Shown here: positions 44,786 through 55,772 of the stretch, in pieces | Numbering within the stretch: the first letter of the stretch is position 1 | Layout of the letters: each line of letters starts with the position of its first letter | Assembly (NCBI GenBank): GCA_963729605.1 | Contig: CAVSNY010000007.1 | Span: 1,152,001-1,216,000, forward strand | Direction: 5' to 3' | DNA length: 64,000 nucleotides | Origin: an uncultured Gammaproteobacteria bacterium | GTDB taxonomy: Bacteria > Pseudomonadota > Gammaproteobacteria > DRLM01 | Translations under genes and position numbers: made by a program | Notes under the pieces: model-generated | The model's database searches: none | The model's input: the letters and a program-made list of their open reading frames with translations, nothing else | What the model was told of the DNA's origin: nothing

Positions 44786-46009
44786 ATGGCATTGATCGTA
44801 CAAAAATACGGGGGCACGTCGGTGGGTAGCCCCGAACGCATCCGGCACGTCGCGGAAAAAGTGTCGGCCGCGCGCCGGCGGGGCGACGACGTGGTGGTGG
44901 TGGTGTCGGCGATGAGCGGTGAAACCGATCGTTTGGTGGGCTTGGCCCACCAGCTCGATCCGCGTCCCGAACCCCGCGAGCTGGACGTGCTGTTGTCCAC
45001 CGGCGAGCAGGTCACTATCGCACTGTTGAGCATCGCCTTGCAGAAACTCGGGTGCGCGGCGCGTTCGTATACCGGCGCGCAGGTGCGCATCCTCACCGAC
45101 AACGCCTTCAACAAGGCGCGCATCCGCGACATCGACGAGGCGGCGGTGCGCAAGGATATCAGCGCCGGGCGGGTAGTGGTGGTGGCCGGTTTCCAGGGCG
45201 TGGATGAAGACGGCAATATCACCACCCTGGGCCGCGGTGGTTCCGACACCACCGCCGTCGCGCTGGCCGCGGCCTTGAAGGCCGATGAATGCCAGATCTA
45301 CACCGACGTGGACGGGGTGTACACCACCGATCCGCGCGTCGTGCCGCAGGCGCGCCGCCTCGCCCGCATCACCTTCGAGGAGATGCTGGAGATGGCCAGT
45401 CTGGGTTCGAAGGTCTTGCAGATCCGTTCGGTGGAATTCGCCGGAAAATACAATGTCCCCTTGCGTGTCCTGTCCAGTTTTCAAGAGGGCGAGGGCACGT
45501 TGATCAGTTTTGAGGAATCCCAGATGGAACAGCCTGTCATTTCGGGTATCGCGTTCAATCGCGATGAAGCCAAGATCACCGTGGTCGGGGTGCCCGACCA
45601 GCCGGGCGTGGCCTACGGCATTTTGGGGCCGATCGCCAACGCCAATATCGAAGTGGATATGATCGTCCAGAACGTGGCGGCGGACGCCACGACGGATTTC
45701 ACGTTCACCGTTCATCGCCGCGATTACGCCCAGGCGGTGGAGATTCTGCGTGACGTGGCCACCGGCATGGGCGCGCGGGAATTGACCGGCGATAATAAGA
45801 TCGTGAAGATATCCATCGTCGGGGTAGGCATGCGTTCCCATGCCGGTATCGCCAGCAAAATGTTTCAGACCCTCTCCAAGGAAGGGATCAATATCCGCAT
45901 GATCTCCACCTCGGAGATTAAGGTTTCGGTGGTCGTGGACGAAAAATACCTCGAGCTTGGAGTGCGGGCGCTGCACGACGCCTTCGAACTCGAGCGAACG
46001 CCGAAATAG
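44786..46009 (+). CDS. lysC: Aspartate kinase
   Basis: VQKYGGTSV, TTLGRGGSD and ACT domains; alaS-lysC-csrA order. Confidence 0.96.
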   Translation: MALIVQKYGGTSVGSPERIRHVAEKVSAARRRGDDVVVVVSAMSGETDRLVGLAHQLDPRPEPRELDVLLSTGEQVTIALLSIALQKLGCAARSYTGAQVRILTDNAFNKARIRDIDEAAVRKDISAGRVVVVAGFQGVDEDGNITTLGRGGSDTTAVALAAALKADECQIYTDVDGVYTTDPRVVPQARRLARITFEEMLEMASLGSKVLQIRSVEFAGKYNVPLRVLSSFQEGEGTLISFEESQMEQPVISGIAFNRDEAKITVVGVPDQPGVAYGILGPIANANIEVDMIVQNVAADATTDFTFTVHRRDYAQAVEILRDVATGMGARELTGDNKIVKISIVGVGMRSHAGIASKMFQTLSKEGINIRMISTSEIKVSVVVDEKYLELGVRALHDAFELERTPK

Positions 46010-46134
46010 CAAACTTCCGGGTCATCATCGCGTCCAAGCTTTGAGTGAGGTGGGTTTTGGGTGATGCCGAGGCTGTTATTTCCCGGCCGTTGGTTGAAGT
46101 TAAGAGCTGTAAAACAGGGTCTTAGAGGAAGAAT

Positions 46135-46161
46135 TACAGTTTCGAAATGGCGGGCCGATAG
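46135..46161 (+). promoter_or_regulatory. Sigma28-like promoter upstream of csrA
   Basis: TACAGTTT-11 nt-GCCGATAG. Confidence 0.65.
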
Positions 46162-46249
46162 AAAAAACAGTGAGCCGTGTGACTATTCTTATCGAGGCTC
46201 CCACCTGGAATGACGAGTATGGTGACTGACCGAACAAGGAGACGAGATC

Positions 46250-46486
46250 ATGCTGATTTTAACCCGGCGTGTGGGTGAGACGCTGATCATCGGGGATGAC
46301 ATAACCGTGACGGTGTTGGGCGTTAAGGGTAACCAAGTCCGTATTGGTGTGAACGCGCCTAAACAAGTTTCTGTTCATCGCGAAGAGATCTACGAACGCA
46401 TTCAGAAAGAAAAAGAAGCCCAGGACCATTCAGGCAGTGATGATCTGGATTCCGGTACGGGGGGCGTCAAAGCGCACACTGGCTAG
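46250..46486 (+). CDS. csrA: Carbon storage regulator
   Basis: [10 protein letters not shown]...VHREEIY. Confidence 0.98.
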   Translation: MLILTRRVGETLIIGDDITVTVLGVKGNQVRIGVNAPKQVSVHREEIYERIQKEKEAQDHSGSDDLDSGTGGVKAHTG

Positions 46487-46715
46487 CGCGAGCACAAAAA
46501 CCATAAATACATTTTGCGATTATCGAGCTGATTAGGTATCCTTTTGCCGGGTTCAGACTTGGCGGGGGATCGCAGGGGGTAAGGCCCTGACTGCCGTGAG
46601 AGCGAATCCCCGCCAACGCATCAAGATTAACCGCGTAGGATTGTGAGGGTTCGCTCTTCGAGTATTTGCTGAGCGCATTCCCGAAAGGAAAAGCACCAGG
46701 GTCTGGGAAGACGCT

Positions 46716-46808
46716 GGAGAGATGGCCGAGTGGTCGAAGGCGCTCCCCTGCTAAGGGAGTATGGGGTCAAAAGCTCCATCGAGGGTTCGAATCCCTCTCT
46801 CTCCGCCA
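46716..46808 (+). tRNA. tRNA-Ser (GCT)
   Basis: GGAGAGA acceptor stem, anticodon loop CTGCTAA, long variable arm, GGTTCGAATCC and CCA end. Confidence 0.97.
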
Positions 46809-47069
46809 TTTATATAGCTTCATATAGATTCCTGCCCACATCCGCCAACCGTCCTTCTCCTATCGTCATGCTTTAAAGTTAACCCCCGATTGTTTCAAGC
46901 GGTGCTGCTGCACTTCTATATTCGATTGGCTAAAGCGAGCTTTTAACCCGCACGCGTCCCATCCCGAATCCGTTGCGCCGGATTGCGTCTTTTCACCATT
47001 TTATTAATCGAACCCAAGGTTTTAACCGGCCGAGCTTGGTCGTGAAAAATCTAAAAAGGGCTGTCTACA

Positions 47070-47153
47070 CGTCGGGGTTGCTTACATGATCATAAAGATG
47101 ATTAATTAAGTTATTAATAAATATATTTTATTTTTTATGGCATGAAGCGTGCT
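47070..47153 (+). promoter_or_regulatory. Sigma54 promoter of the PEP-CTERM gene with an AT-rich spacer and a candidate enhancer
   Basis: TGGCATGAAGCGTGCT (GG 47139-47140, GC 47151-47152); CGT-N11-ACA at 47070-47086. Confidence 0.75.
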
Positions 47154-47197
47154 TATGTCATACCTAACGATGTCAACCGTAGTTAGGAAGTAAAATT

Positions 47198-47824
47198 ATG
47201 TCAAGAAAAAATCTGTTTGCCGGGCTGTTCGCGGCTTTGGTAATGGTCGCCTTTTCACCGGCACAAGCCACCCCCCTCACCTTCGATATCGCCGGCGCCC
47301 CGGGATCGTCGGTCAGCGCGATGATACCTTCAAGTTTTTGCTTTGGGTGTTCCGTCAGTACTACCTTGAATCCGGGTTTAAATGACGTTGCTTTTACGCT
47401 CAATCCCGGCGAAAGCCAGACCTTCGATTTCTTCAGCATCAAGGTCAAGGGTATTGGCGCGGCCTTGATCGATGTCAATGCCGTACTGGGCTTTGATTTT
47501 CCCACCGTCACCGGCGTGTCAAGCGACGGTTCCGGCGGCTACGTGACCATTTCGGGTGTAGTCAGCGCCGGTACTCTGACCTGGATAGATCCCACGCCCA
47601 TCACCTTGCTCGATGGTTCGCAGTTCAAAGTCGAGTTTTCCGACATTATTGCCTTTGGGATTGGTAATACGGCACAGGTGACCGCCACCGTTACCGCCTT
47701 GAGCGGCGTGACGCCGAACGCGGTACCCGAGCCCGCGTCTTTAGCGTTGTTGGGTCTGGGCCTTGTCGGCCTCGTGGTGGCCCGCAGAAAGACAGCGCCG
47801 TTGCGTCCCTTGTTATTCCATTGA
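47198..47824 (+). CDS. PEP-CTERM sorting-domain surface protein
   Basis: Signal peptide ending AQA; C-terminal VPEP, TM helix and RRK. Confidence 0.93.
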   Translation: MSRKNLFAGLFAALVMVAFSPAQATPLTFDIAGAPGSSVSAMIPSSFCFGCSVSTTLNPGLNDVAFTLNPGESQTFDFFSIKVKGIGAALIDVNAVLGFDFPTVTGVSSDGSGGYVTISGVVSAGTLTWIDPTPITLLDGSQFKVEFSDIIAFGIGNTAQVTATVTALSGVTPNAVPEPASLALLGLGLVGLVVARRKTAPLRPLLFH

Positions 47825-48087
47825 TTGAGTCTGACCGTGCACGGGGGGAATCCCCGTGCCTGCTCAAGGGCGGAATCGCGCCTCCTCGTTAGGCCTCTCT
47901 CATCGCCTGATCCCCGCGCTTGCCACGGGGAGTTTTAAACGCGGTTCACCAATGGCTATCAGGTTTGGCCGGCTAATAGCCTGCTCGATAGCGATACCCG
48001 TCCCGTTAAATAAACAGTGTTAAGTCAGGCTCACCGTGGTGGCTGGATGAAAGTCCGGCCAGGCGGAAAGATTTCCGCCCTGAATTC

Positions 48088-48116
48088 TTGACACTACGGC
48101 GTTGCAACTGGATAAT
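48088..48116 (+). promoter_or_regulatory. Sigma70 promoter of tRNA-Arg
   Basis: TTGACA-17 nt-GATAAT. Confidence 0.8.
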
Positions 48117-48138
48117 CCGCAACCTTCTAAAGCAGTAT

Positions 48139-48215
48139 GCGCCCGTAGCTCAGTTGGATAGAGTACCAGGCTACGAACTTGGTGGTCGGGAGTTCGAATC
48201 TCTCCGGGCGCGCCA
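48139..48215 (+). tRNA. tRNA-Arg (ACG)
   Basis: GCGCCCG stem, anticodon loop CTACGAA, GTTCGAATC and CCA end; 77 nt. Confidence 0.97.
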
Positions 48216-48221
48216 TCTAAA

Positions 48222-48252
48222 AAAGGCTTAGGTGATCGTACCTAGGCCTTTT
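48222..48252 (+). terminator. Terminator after tRNA-Arg
   Basis: AAAAGGCTTAGGT...ACCTAGGCCTTTT hairpin. Confidence 0.75.
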
Positions 48253-48674
48253 GTGTTTTTGGTGACTTGGCCCCCGTGCAAGTTGCAATCCCATGAGCGA
48301 GCCCGCTGTGCGTCCATTCGCGGCCGCCTTGGCCGGGAAATAATTCCGGTATGGATGATGTAAACCATGGCCGCCGCTTCGGTGATCCGCAACAGACGGT
48401 TCGCCCCTCCCCCGATTCTTGGCATCGGCCTAGGTGCCGCGCCTTTCCATCCGCCTCTTTTCGAGGTGCGTGAGACTCACATAAACTTACTAAAAATAAG
48501 GCTGATTCGCGCCTATCGAGGAAATGGGGTGTTGTCCATTGACCCGATTGGCATGAAATCGGCCGTTTGCCGCTTTTCTAACCGTTCGTTGACTATACTT
48601 GCGAGTGGTGGTTGAAAAGTGGCTGTGTGTTAGGCGGCCCGCTTCACTGTAGATGCCCCAGCACAGGAGAGCGG

Positions 48675-51600
48675 ATGTTAAGGAAGTTGCTCCTGCTAAT
48701 AGTGTGTAACGTGGTCCTTAGCTGGGCCGTGCACGCCCAGGATGCCGAAATCAAAGTCGGTGTGCTGTCGCTGCGCGGTGAAGAAAATATATTGGCGGCT
48801 TGGATGGCGACCGCCGATTATCTTAGCCGGTCAGTGCCGGGCCATCATTTCACGATCCAGCCTCTCAGCCTTGATCAAGTAAAGCACGCCGTCGCCGGGG
48901 GGACGTTGGATTTCGTCATCACCAATCCCGGCCAATACGTCAGTTTGGAGGCCGAGCAGGGCGCCTCCCGCATTGCTACCGTATTGCAGTGGCATCGCCC
49001 GATCGAAGACAGATATGGCGCGGTCATCATCGTCCGTGCCGACAGCGCGATCACCCAACTGTCGGAGTTGCGCGGACGTTCATTCATGGGTTTGGCGCCC
49101 GACGCCTTCGGCGGCTTTCAAATGGCCTGGCGGGAAATGCTGAAAGCCGGCGTTGACCCGCAGCGAGACCTGGGCAAGTTGCGCTTCGCCGGGACCTCGC
49201 AAGACCTGGTGGTCTACGCGGTCCGCGATGGTGACGTGGACGCCGGTACCGTCTCGTCCTCCGTCTTCGCGGAGATGGTCGAGAAGGGGAAAATAGATAC
49301 CGCCGATTTCCGCATCTTGAATCCCCGGCAGTTTCCGGAGTTCGCTTTCCCCCTCAGCACGCCGCTTTATCCGGAATGGCCTTTCGTCAAGCTGCGAAAC
49401 ACGTCGGAAAGATTGGCGAGCGACGTGGCCATCGCCCTGTTCCGCATGCCGCCGAGTGCGGGAACGGATCCGGGCATATTCGGTTGGACCGTGCCGCTGG
49501 ATTACCAACCGGTGCATGAATTATTGCGCGAATTGCAGCTGCCGCCTTATGACGCCCGTCGTAACCCCACGCTGTTCGAGATGGCGAAATATTATTGGCC
49601 TTGGCTGCTGACATTGGGCGGCGTGTTGTTGACCCTGGCGGCCGCCAATCTATGGGGCAGGCGCATGGTAAGCGTGCGCACCGCCGAATTGAACCGGGCG
49701 AACCGCGCTTTGCAACGGGAGATCGACGCGCGCGCTCAAACCGAGGATTCCCTGCGGGAGAGCCAGCGCCTGTTCGTGACCCTGATGAGTAATTTGCCGG
49801 GCGTGGTATACCGCTGCGGCAACGACCGTCAGCGAACCTTATCGTTCGTCAGCGAAGGGGTTGTGGCGCTGACCGGTTATCAGCGCGCGGAGCTGGAGAA
49901 TAATCACCACCTCGCCTTCGGCGACATAATTCATCCCGAAGACCGCGAGCGGGTGTGGGAAGAAGTTCAGTCAGGGGTGCGCGAGGGACGGCCTTTCCAA
50001 CTGGTCTACCGGATTTGTACCGCCGCCGGCGATGAACGCTGGGTGTGGGAACAAGGGCGCGGTCCGGCGGTGAGCGGGAATCAAAAGGACGTGCTGGAAG
50101 GCTACATCACCGACATCAGTGCCTTGAAATATTCAGAAGCCGCCTTGCGCTCCATCGTGCACGGGACGGCCTCGGCGGTGGGCGAACAGTTTTTCCAAGT
50201 CCTGGTGCGCGAGCTGGCGTCGGTATTGCGAGTGCGGTGGGCCTTCGTTTGCGAGATCGTCTCTCCGGAAAAAATGCGCAACATCGCCCTGTGGAACGAC
50301 GGCCGTTACGGCGAGGCCTTTGAATTCAATCCGACCGGTACGCCCGCGGAACGGGTAGTGGGTTGGGGACTGGTGTATTACCCGAGTGACGTGGCGCGTT
50401 TGTTTCCTCATGATCCATGGCTGCGCGAACATGGCGTTGAAAGTTATCTCGCCATTCCCTTGTTCGACCCCGCCGGACTGCCCCTCGGCCATCTCGGGGT
50501 GATGCATGACGGACCGATGCACGAAGAATTGCCGGCGCGCACCCTGTTGCAGGTCTTTGCCTCGCGGGCCGGCGCCGAACTGGAGAGAAAAAGGACCGAA
50601 ATAGATAAAAGCCGTCTCACCAATCACCTCCGTTTATTATTGGACGCCACCGACGAAGGGATATACGGCATCGATCTACAAGGACACTGCACCTTCATCA
50701 ACCGGGCGGCGGCGCGCCTGATCGGTTATACACCGGTCAATGTGCTGGGCAAGAATATGCATGACCTGATTCATCATACCCGGGACGGCGGCGGCGAATA
50801 CGCCGCGCGGGATTGCCCCATCTGCGAGGTCATGCGCAGCGGCTTGGGTGCGCGGGTGGACGACGAAGTGTTCTGGCGCCGCGACGGCCGCTTCTTTCCG
50901 GTGGAATACTCCACCTATCCGATTCGTGAAAACGGCGTGATCACCGGCGCGGTGGTGATTTTCTCCGACATCAGCCGGCGCCGCGAGGCCGAGGCGGAAT
51001 TGCGTAAACACGCCACCGCGGTGGAGCAAAGCACCACCGCGGTGGTCATCACCGACGTCAACGGCAATATCGAATACGTCAACCCGCGTTTCTCGCACCT
51101 CAGCGGCTATTCCGCGCCCGAGGTGGTGGGGCGCAATCGCAGCGCGCTGCGCTCCGACGACACCAGTCCGCATCAATACGCGCTCAGCCAGCAGGATTTG
51201 TGGAACCACGGCGAGTGGCGAGGCGAGATACAGAACAAAAAGAAAAACGGCGAGCCCTACTGGGTGCGCCAGGTCATTTCCGCGGTGCGCGATCGAGATG
51301 GACGGGTGACCCATTATCTGATCCTGGAGGAAGACATCACCGAGCAAAAACGGGTCGAGGCGGAGCGCAATCAGGCCGAGAATCTGGTATGGCGGCTGGG
51401 GCGCATCCTCGATCAGTCCTTCGATGAAATCTACGTGATCGGCGCTGAGGATCTGCGTTTCGTCCAAGTTAACAAGGGCGCGATGAATAATCTCGGTTAC
51501 AGTTTCAGCGAGATCGAGGGCATGACGCCGTTGGACTTGTTACCCGACTACGATATGGCGGGCTTTTTGGGGCAGTTGGCCCCGTTGCGCACGGCGGCGG

Positions 51601-53474
51601 TCGATCATCTGGTTCTGGAAACCGAACACCGTCGCAAGGACGGCACGATTTACCCTGTGGAATTGCGTATCCAATATTCCAGACTCGAGGAGGTGCCGCT
51701 GTTCGTGGTGACCGGGCAGGACATTACCGCCCGCAAGCTGGCCGAGGAGGAACTCAAGAAAAGCCAGGCCAGCCTCGCGGCGGCGCAGCGGATCGCCCAT
51801 CTGGGCAATTGGGATTGGGATATCGTGCAGGATAAGCTTTATTGGTCGGACGAGATCTACATGATGTTCGGCGTCGATCCGCAGAGTTTCACTCCGAGTT
51901 ACGCTTCGCTCATCGGCCGGGTCCATCCTGATGAGCGGCAGTACGTGGAGGACGCGGTGCGCGCCACCATCGACGGCGGGCAACGTTACGATGTCGAACA
52001 TCGCGTGTTATTGGCGGACGGCCGCGAACGCATCGTACATGCCCAGGGCGAAGCGGTGTATAACCCCGAGGGCAAGTTGGTGCGGATGATGGGTACGGTG
52101 CAAGACATCACCGCCCGCAAACGCGCCGAGGAACGGCTCAACTTCCTGGCCTTTTACGACGATCTCACCAGCCTGCCCAATCGGGTGTTGTTCCACGACC
52201 GGTTGCGGCAGGCCTTATTGGAAGCGGAGCGCCATCAGCGCACCGTGGCGGTGATGTTCATGGATCTCGACCGCTTCAAGAACATCAACGACAGCATGGG
52301 ACATGAGGCCGGTGATTTGCTGTTGAAGGCGGTGGCGGCGCGATTGACCGCGTCGGTGCGCGAAGGCGACACCGTGGCGCGCTTGGGCGGCGATGAGTTT
52401 ACCGTGGTGCTGAACGTCATCGAGCGGGTGCAGGACGCCGCCAAGGTGGCGAACAAGATTCTGCGCAGTTTCCAAAAACCGTTTCTCATCCAGGGCCACG
52501 AGTTGTTCATCACCGCCAGCCTGGGCATCACCCTGTATCCGCACGATGACGCAGAGATCCACGGCCTGCTCAAGAATGCCGACACCGCGATGTACCACGC
52601 CAAGGAACAAGGCAGAAACAACTATCAGTTCTATTCCTCGGAAATGAGCGCGACGGCCTATGAGCGCCTGGTGATGGAAACCAATCTGCGCCAGGCCCTT
52701 GATCGCGGCGAATTCGTCTTGTATTACCAGCCGCAGGTGGGTTTGGAGAACGGCGACGTGGCCGGCGTGGAGGCATTGATCCGCTGGAAACATCCGGAAC
52801 TGGGTTTGGTCTTGCCGTATAAATTCATCCCGCTCGCCGAGGAGACCGGGTTGATCGTGCCCATCACCGAATGGGCCTTGCACGAGGCCTGCCGGCAGTT
52901 GCGGATCTGGCAGGACGCCGGGCTCGGTGAATTGCGAATCAGCGTCAACATTTCCAGCCATTATTTTCTGCAGAAGGACTTGCTGGACACGGTCGAGAGG
53001 CTGGTCAGCGATTATGGCCTGTCCAGCTGGCAACTCGAATTGGAACTGACGGAAAGCGCGATCATGCATAACATCGAGTTGGCGGTCGCCACGCTCAACA
53101 AACTCAAGTCGCTGGGGGTGCGGGTGGCGCTCGACGATTTCGGCACGGGCTATTCCAGTCTGAGCTATCTCAAACGGTTTCCCATCGACATCCTCAAAAT
53201 CGACCAGTCCTTCATTCGTGACATTCCCCACGACAAGAACGAAGCGGCGCTGACCTCCGCCATCATCACCCTCGGCCATAGCTTGGGCATCGAAATCGTC
53301 GCCGAGGGCGTGGAAAACACCGCTCAGGTCGCGTTCCTGAAAAACGGCGCTTGTGATTATGTGCAGGGCTTCTTCTTCAGCGAGCCGCTGTCGCCGGATG
53401 TCTTGTTCGAACTGCTCCGGCACGATATGAAAGTGATTCCCGGCGCGCGCGGCATGGCCGCCCGGATGCAGTGA
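48675..53474 (+). CDS. Large sensor c-di-GMP enzyme: PhnD-like periplasmic domain, TM, multiple PAS, GAF, GGDEF-EAL
   Basis: VGVLSLRG...NPGQY...YPEWPF binding-protein domain, about five PAS/PAC repeats, intact GGDEF, EAL and DDFGTGYSS; RBS AGGAG before 48675. Confidence 0.93.
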   Translation: MLRKLLLLIVCNVVLSWAVHAQDAEIKVGVLSLRGEENILAAWMATADYLSRSVPGHHFTIQPLSLDQVKHAVAGGTLDFVITNPGQYVSLEAEQGASRIATVLQWHRPIEDRYGAVIIVRADSAITQLSELRGRSFMGLAPDAFGGFQMAWREMLKAGVDPQRDLGKLRFAGTSQDLVVYAVRDGDVDAGTVSSSVFAEMVEKGKIDTADFRILNPRQFPEFAFPLSTPLYPEWPFVKLRNTSERLASDVAIALFRMPPSAGTDPGIFGWTVPLDYQPVHELLRELQLPPYDARRNPTLFEMAKYYWPWLLTLGGVLLTLAAANLWGRRMVSVRTAELNRANRALQREIDARAQTEDSLRESQRLFVTLMSNLPGVVYRCGNDRQRTLSFVSEGVVALTGYQRAELENNHHLAFGDIIHPEDRERVWEEVQSGVREGRPFQLVYRICTAAGDERWVWEQGRGPAVSGNQKDVLEGYITDISALKYSEAALRSIVHGTASAVGEQFFQVLVRELASVLRVRWAFVCEIVSPEKMRNIALWNDGRYGEAFEFNPTGTPAERVVGWGLVYYPSDVARLFPHDPWLREHGVESYLAIPLFDPAGLPLGHLGVMHDGPMHEELPARTLLQVFASRAGAELERKRTEIDKSRLTNHLRLLLDATDEGIYGIDLQGHCTFINRAAARLIGYTPVNVLGKNMHDLIHHTRDGGGEYAARDCPICEVMRSGLGARVDDEVFWRRDGRFFPVEYSTYPIRENGVITGAVVIFSDISRRREAEAELRKHATAVEQSTTAVVITDVNGNIEYVNPRFSHLSGYSAPEVVGRNRSALRSDDTSPHQYALSQQDLWNHGEWRGEIQNKKKNGEPYWVRQVISAVRDRDGRVTHYLILEEDITEQKRVEAERNQAENLVWRLGRILDQSFDEIYVIGAEDLRFVQVNKGAMNNLGYSFSEIEGMTPLDLLPDYDMAGFLGQLAPLRTAAVDHLVLETEHRRKDGTIYPVELRIQYSRLEEVPLFVVTGQDITARKLAEEELKKSQASLAAAQRIAHLGNWDWDIVQDKLYWSDEIYMMFGVDPQSFTPSYASLIGRVHPDERQYVEDAVRATIDGGQRYDVEHRVLLADGRERIVHAQGEAVYNPEGKLVRMMGTVQDITARKRAEERLNFLAFYDDLTSLPNRVLFHDRLRQALLEAERHQRTVAVMFMDLDRFKNINDSMGHEAGDLLLKAVAARLTASVREGDTVARLGGDEFTVVLNVIERVQDAAKVANKILRSFQKPFLIQGHELFITASLGITLYPHDDAEIHGLLKNADTAMYHAKEQGRNNYQFYSSEMSATAYERLVMETNLRQALDRGEFVLYYQPQVGLENGDVAGVEALIRWKHPELGLVLPYKFIPLAEETGLIVPITEWALHEACRQLRIWQDAGLGELRISVNISSHYFLQKDLLDTVERLVSDYGLSSWQLELELTESAIMHNIELAVATLNKLKSLGVRVALDDFGTGYSSLSYLKRFPIDILKIDQSFIRDIPHDKNEAALTSAIITLGHSLGIEIVAEGVENTAQVAFLKNGACDYVQGFFFSEPLSPDVLFELLRHDMKVIPGARGMAARMQ

Positions 53475-53617
53475 GTCGCGGCGATCCTATTCGCGCCGGC
53501 GCGGTTCGATAGCGGAAATATCTCATCGACCCGGCATCGAGCTTGGCGCTATCCGACTTGGATCAATCTCCCCGGCGCCATCGAACCGGCGCGGGTATGT
53601 CGGCGCTGCGACCGGGA

Positions 53618-54466
53618 TCAGTCGCCGCGGCGTGCCCTCTCCCAGGCGAGCAAGGCGAGTTTCTTGTCCGAGCCCCAGCGATATTCACCGACGGCGCCGT
53701 CTTCGCGAAGGACCCGGTGGCAGGGTACCAGCAACGCGAGCCGGTTGCGGGCGAGCGCCGAGCCAACCGCCCGCGAGGCCCGCGGCGCATCCGCCAACAC
53801 CGCGAGATCGCCGTAAGAAACCGCATGGCCGGCCGGAATACGCAGCAGGGCCTCCCATACCTTGATTTGAAAATTGGTGCCGCGCAGCAAGACACTCAGC
53901 GGCCGGGCCGCCGTCGTTACGCCGAAGATGCGTTGCGCCATGACCCGTACCGCCGCGTCGTCACGCGCCAGCCGCGCCTTCGGCCATTCCGCGCACAGCT
54001 CCGCCTCGGCTGACGCCGCCGTTTCCGCCTCGATGAATTTCAGATGGCAAACGCCCCGCGTCGTGACGGCGGCGATGATCGCGCCGAACGGCGTATCCGC
54101 GTAGCCGTAACGGATCGTCAGTCCTTCACCCAAGGCGCCGACCTCGCCGGGTGTCAGCGCTTCGCAGGCCACCATCAAATCGTGCAGCCGGCCGGGGCTG
54201 GACAAACCGGATTCCAGCGCCGCGCTCAACACGTCGCGCGAATCGCGCAACAGCGCCTTGGCGCTTTCCTTGGTCAAGAACTGCAAGAAGCGTTTCGGCG
54301 AAATACCGGCCCAGGCGCTGAACACCCGTTGCAGATGATGCGGACTCAGTCCCACATGCCCGGCTACCTCCGCCAGAGTCGGTTGCTCGCGCGAACGCGC
54401 CCGCACGAAACGAATCGCCGCCGCCACCGTCTCGTAACTCTTCGCCTGGTCGATCCCCTTCGCCAC
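53618..54466 (-). CDS. AraC-HTH/O6-methylguanine methyltransferase (Ada-like, no N-terminal Zn domain)
   Basis: LSPHHLQRVF HTH, GTNFQIKVW and PCHRV active site. Confidence 0.92.
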   Translation of the reverse strand: MAKGIDQAKSYETVAAAIRFVRARSREQPTLAEVAGHVGLSPHHLQRVFSAWAGISPKRFLQFLTKESAKALLRDSRDVLSAALESGLSSPGRLHDLMVACEALTPGEVGALGEGLTIRYGYADTPFGAIIAAVTTRGVCHLKFIEAETAASAEAELCAEWPKARLARDDAAVRVMAQRIFGVTTAARPLSVLLRGTNFQIKVWEALLRIPAGHAVSYGDLAVLADAPRASRAVGSALARNRLALLVPCHRVLREDGAVGEYRWGSDKKLALLAWERARRGD

Positions 54467-54470
54467 GTTT

Positions 54471-55388
54471 TCAACTCCTCTCCGCTTTCAAGGCGCGCCC
54501 GCCGCCCAGCACGCCATTCACCAGCGCCGTGCCCAGCAACACCAGCGCGCCGCCGGCCAGCGTCTTCCAGCCCACCGTCTCGTCGAGAAACACCACGCCC
54601 AAGGCCACGCCGAACACCGGAATCAAAAACGTCACCGACAAGGCCCGTACCGGTCCGACATCGTTTATCAACCTGAAATACAGCAGATAGGCCACGCCGG
54701 TGCACAACACCCCCAAGGCGAGGGCGGCCAGCCAATCGACGGATGTCGGCACCTGCGGCGCCGGAATCCACAGCGCGAAGGGCAACACCAGCAAGGCGGC
54801 GGCCCACATGCTGCCGTGCGCCGTGTCGGTGGGATCGGCGCCGGCCTGCGCGCGCTTGGTGTAAGAGCTGGCGATGCTATAACTCAGCGCGGCGCCGAGA
54901 CTGGCGGCCAGCGCCAACCAGCCGCCGGCGCCGTTCACCGCGACGCCGTCCCACGCCAGCGTCGCGACGCCCGCGAAACCCAGGATCAAACCCACCGCCG
55001 CCGCGCGGCTCACCGGCTGGCGCAACCAGATGGCCGCGACGATGGCGCCGAAGATCGGCGATGACGAATTGAGGATCGCCATCAGCGAGGCGCTCAAGGT
55101 CTGCGCCGCGTAGGCGAACAGCAAAAACGGCAGGGCCGAATTGAGCAGGCCGATCACCAGATAAAACCGCCAGTGCCGGCGCAGATTCAACCGGCGGCCG
55201 AGCCAAGCACACACGCCGTACAGAAACAGTGCGGCGATCCCTACTCGCAGTTCGGCGAGCAAGCCCGTGCCGAACACCGGCGCGCCGATGCGCATGAACA
55301 AAAATGATCCGCCCCAAATCGCGGCGAGGGTGAAAAGTCGGATGAGGCTGGCGATGTCCATCTGAGGTCCCGGGGCTAGTCGGGACAT
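54471..55388 (-). CDS. DMT/EamA family transporter
   Basis: AIWGGSF, ten TM helices and LIPVFG...LDE. Confidence 0.92.
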   Translation of the reverse strand: MSRLAPGPQMDIASLIRLFTLAAIWGGSFLFMRIGAPVFGTGLLAELRVGIAALFLYGVCAWLGRRLNLRRHWRFYLVIGLLNSALPFLLFAYAAQTLSASLMAILNSSSPIFGAIVAAIWLRQPVSRAAAVGLILGFAGVATLAWDGVAVNGAGGWLALAASLGAALSYSIASSYTKRAQAGADPTDTAHGSMWAAALLVLPFALWIPAPQVPTSVDWLAALALGVLCTGVAYLLYFRLINDVGPVRALSVTFLIPVFGVALGVVFLDETVGWKTLAGGALVLLGTALVNGVLGGGRALKAERS

Positions 55389-55539
55389 TCTCGCCGGAGC
55401 GGGGGATGAGCGCCACCCGATAATTGCGATTGATTGTGGGAGGATGGATAAACGGGAGGCGGGGCGTATTTCTATATTGCCCTTACCGGACGATGCGGAT
55501 GAAGGTCGCGCCCCGCATCAATCGCGAGCGATGCGGTTC

Positions 55540-55726
55540 GCGTCCTCACCGCGGGCTGAACCGGTATGGTTCCATAACGCCGCCAGTCGTTCGCCGTTCG
55601 CAGCCGCGAGGGTATCACCTTCGACCAGGCTGCGGTTTTTGACGCGGTGCACCGTTCCGGCATGAGCGGCGTGTAAAACGGCAATTACACGACTTCGCCG
55701 CTGTCCACGTCCGCGCGCCGGCCATG
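55540..55726 (-). pseudogene. Decayed duplicate of the addB 3' end
   Basis: ADVDSGEVV*LPFYTPLMP / VKNRSLVEGDTLAAANGERLAALWNH aligns with AddB ADVESGEAVQLPFYALLMP / VKSHGALEGDALAVLAAANGERLATLLDH; contains a stop, frameshifts and deletions. Confidence 0.88.
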
Positions 55727-55772
55727 CCCCGCACGTGCCCGTCATTGAAATTCGGACATCCAAGGAATAGGG

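Noticed and set aside
46561-46615. Extra tRNA (GGCGGGG...CCCCGCCA)
   Set aside because: Too short and lacks a TTC T-loop and D arm; kept only as an unexplained structured RNA.
53476-53612. Imperfect inverted repeat between convergent genes, sharing 14 bp with 2444-2457
   Set aside because: Short GC-rich matches; probably a terminator-like hairpin or chance.
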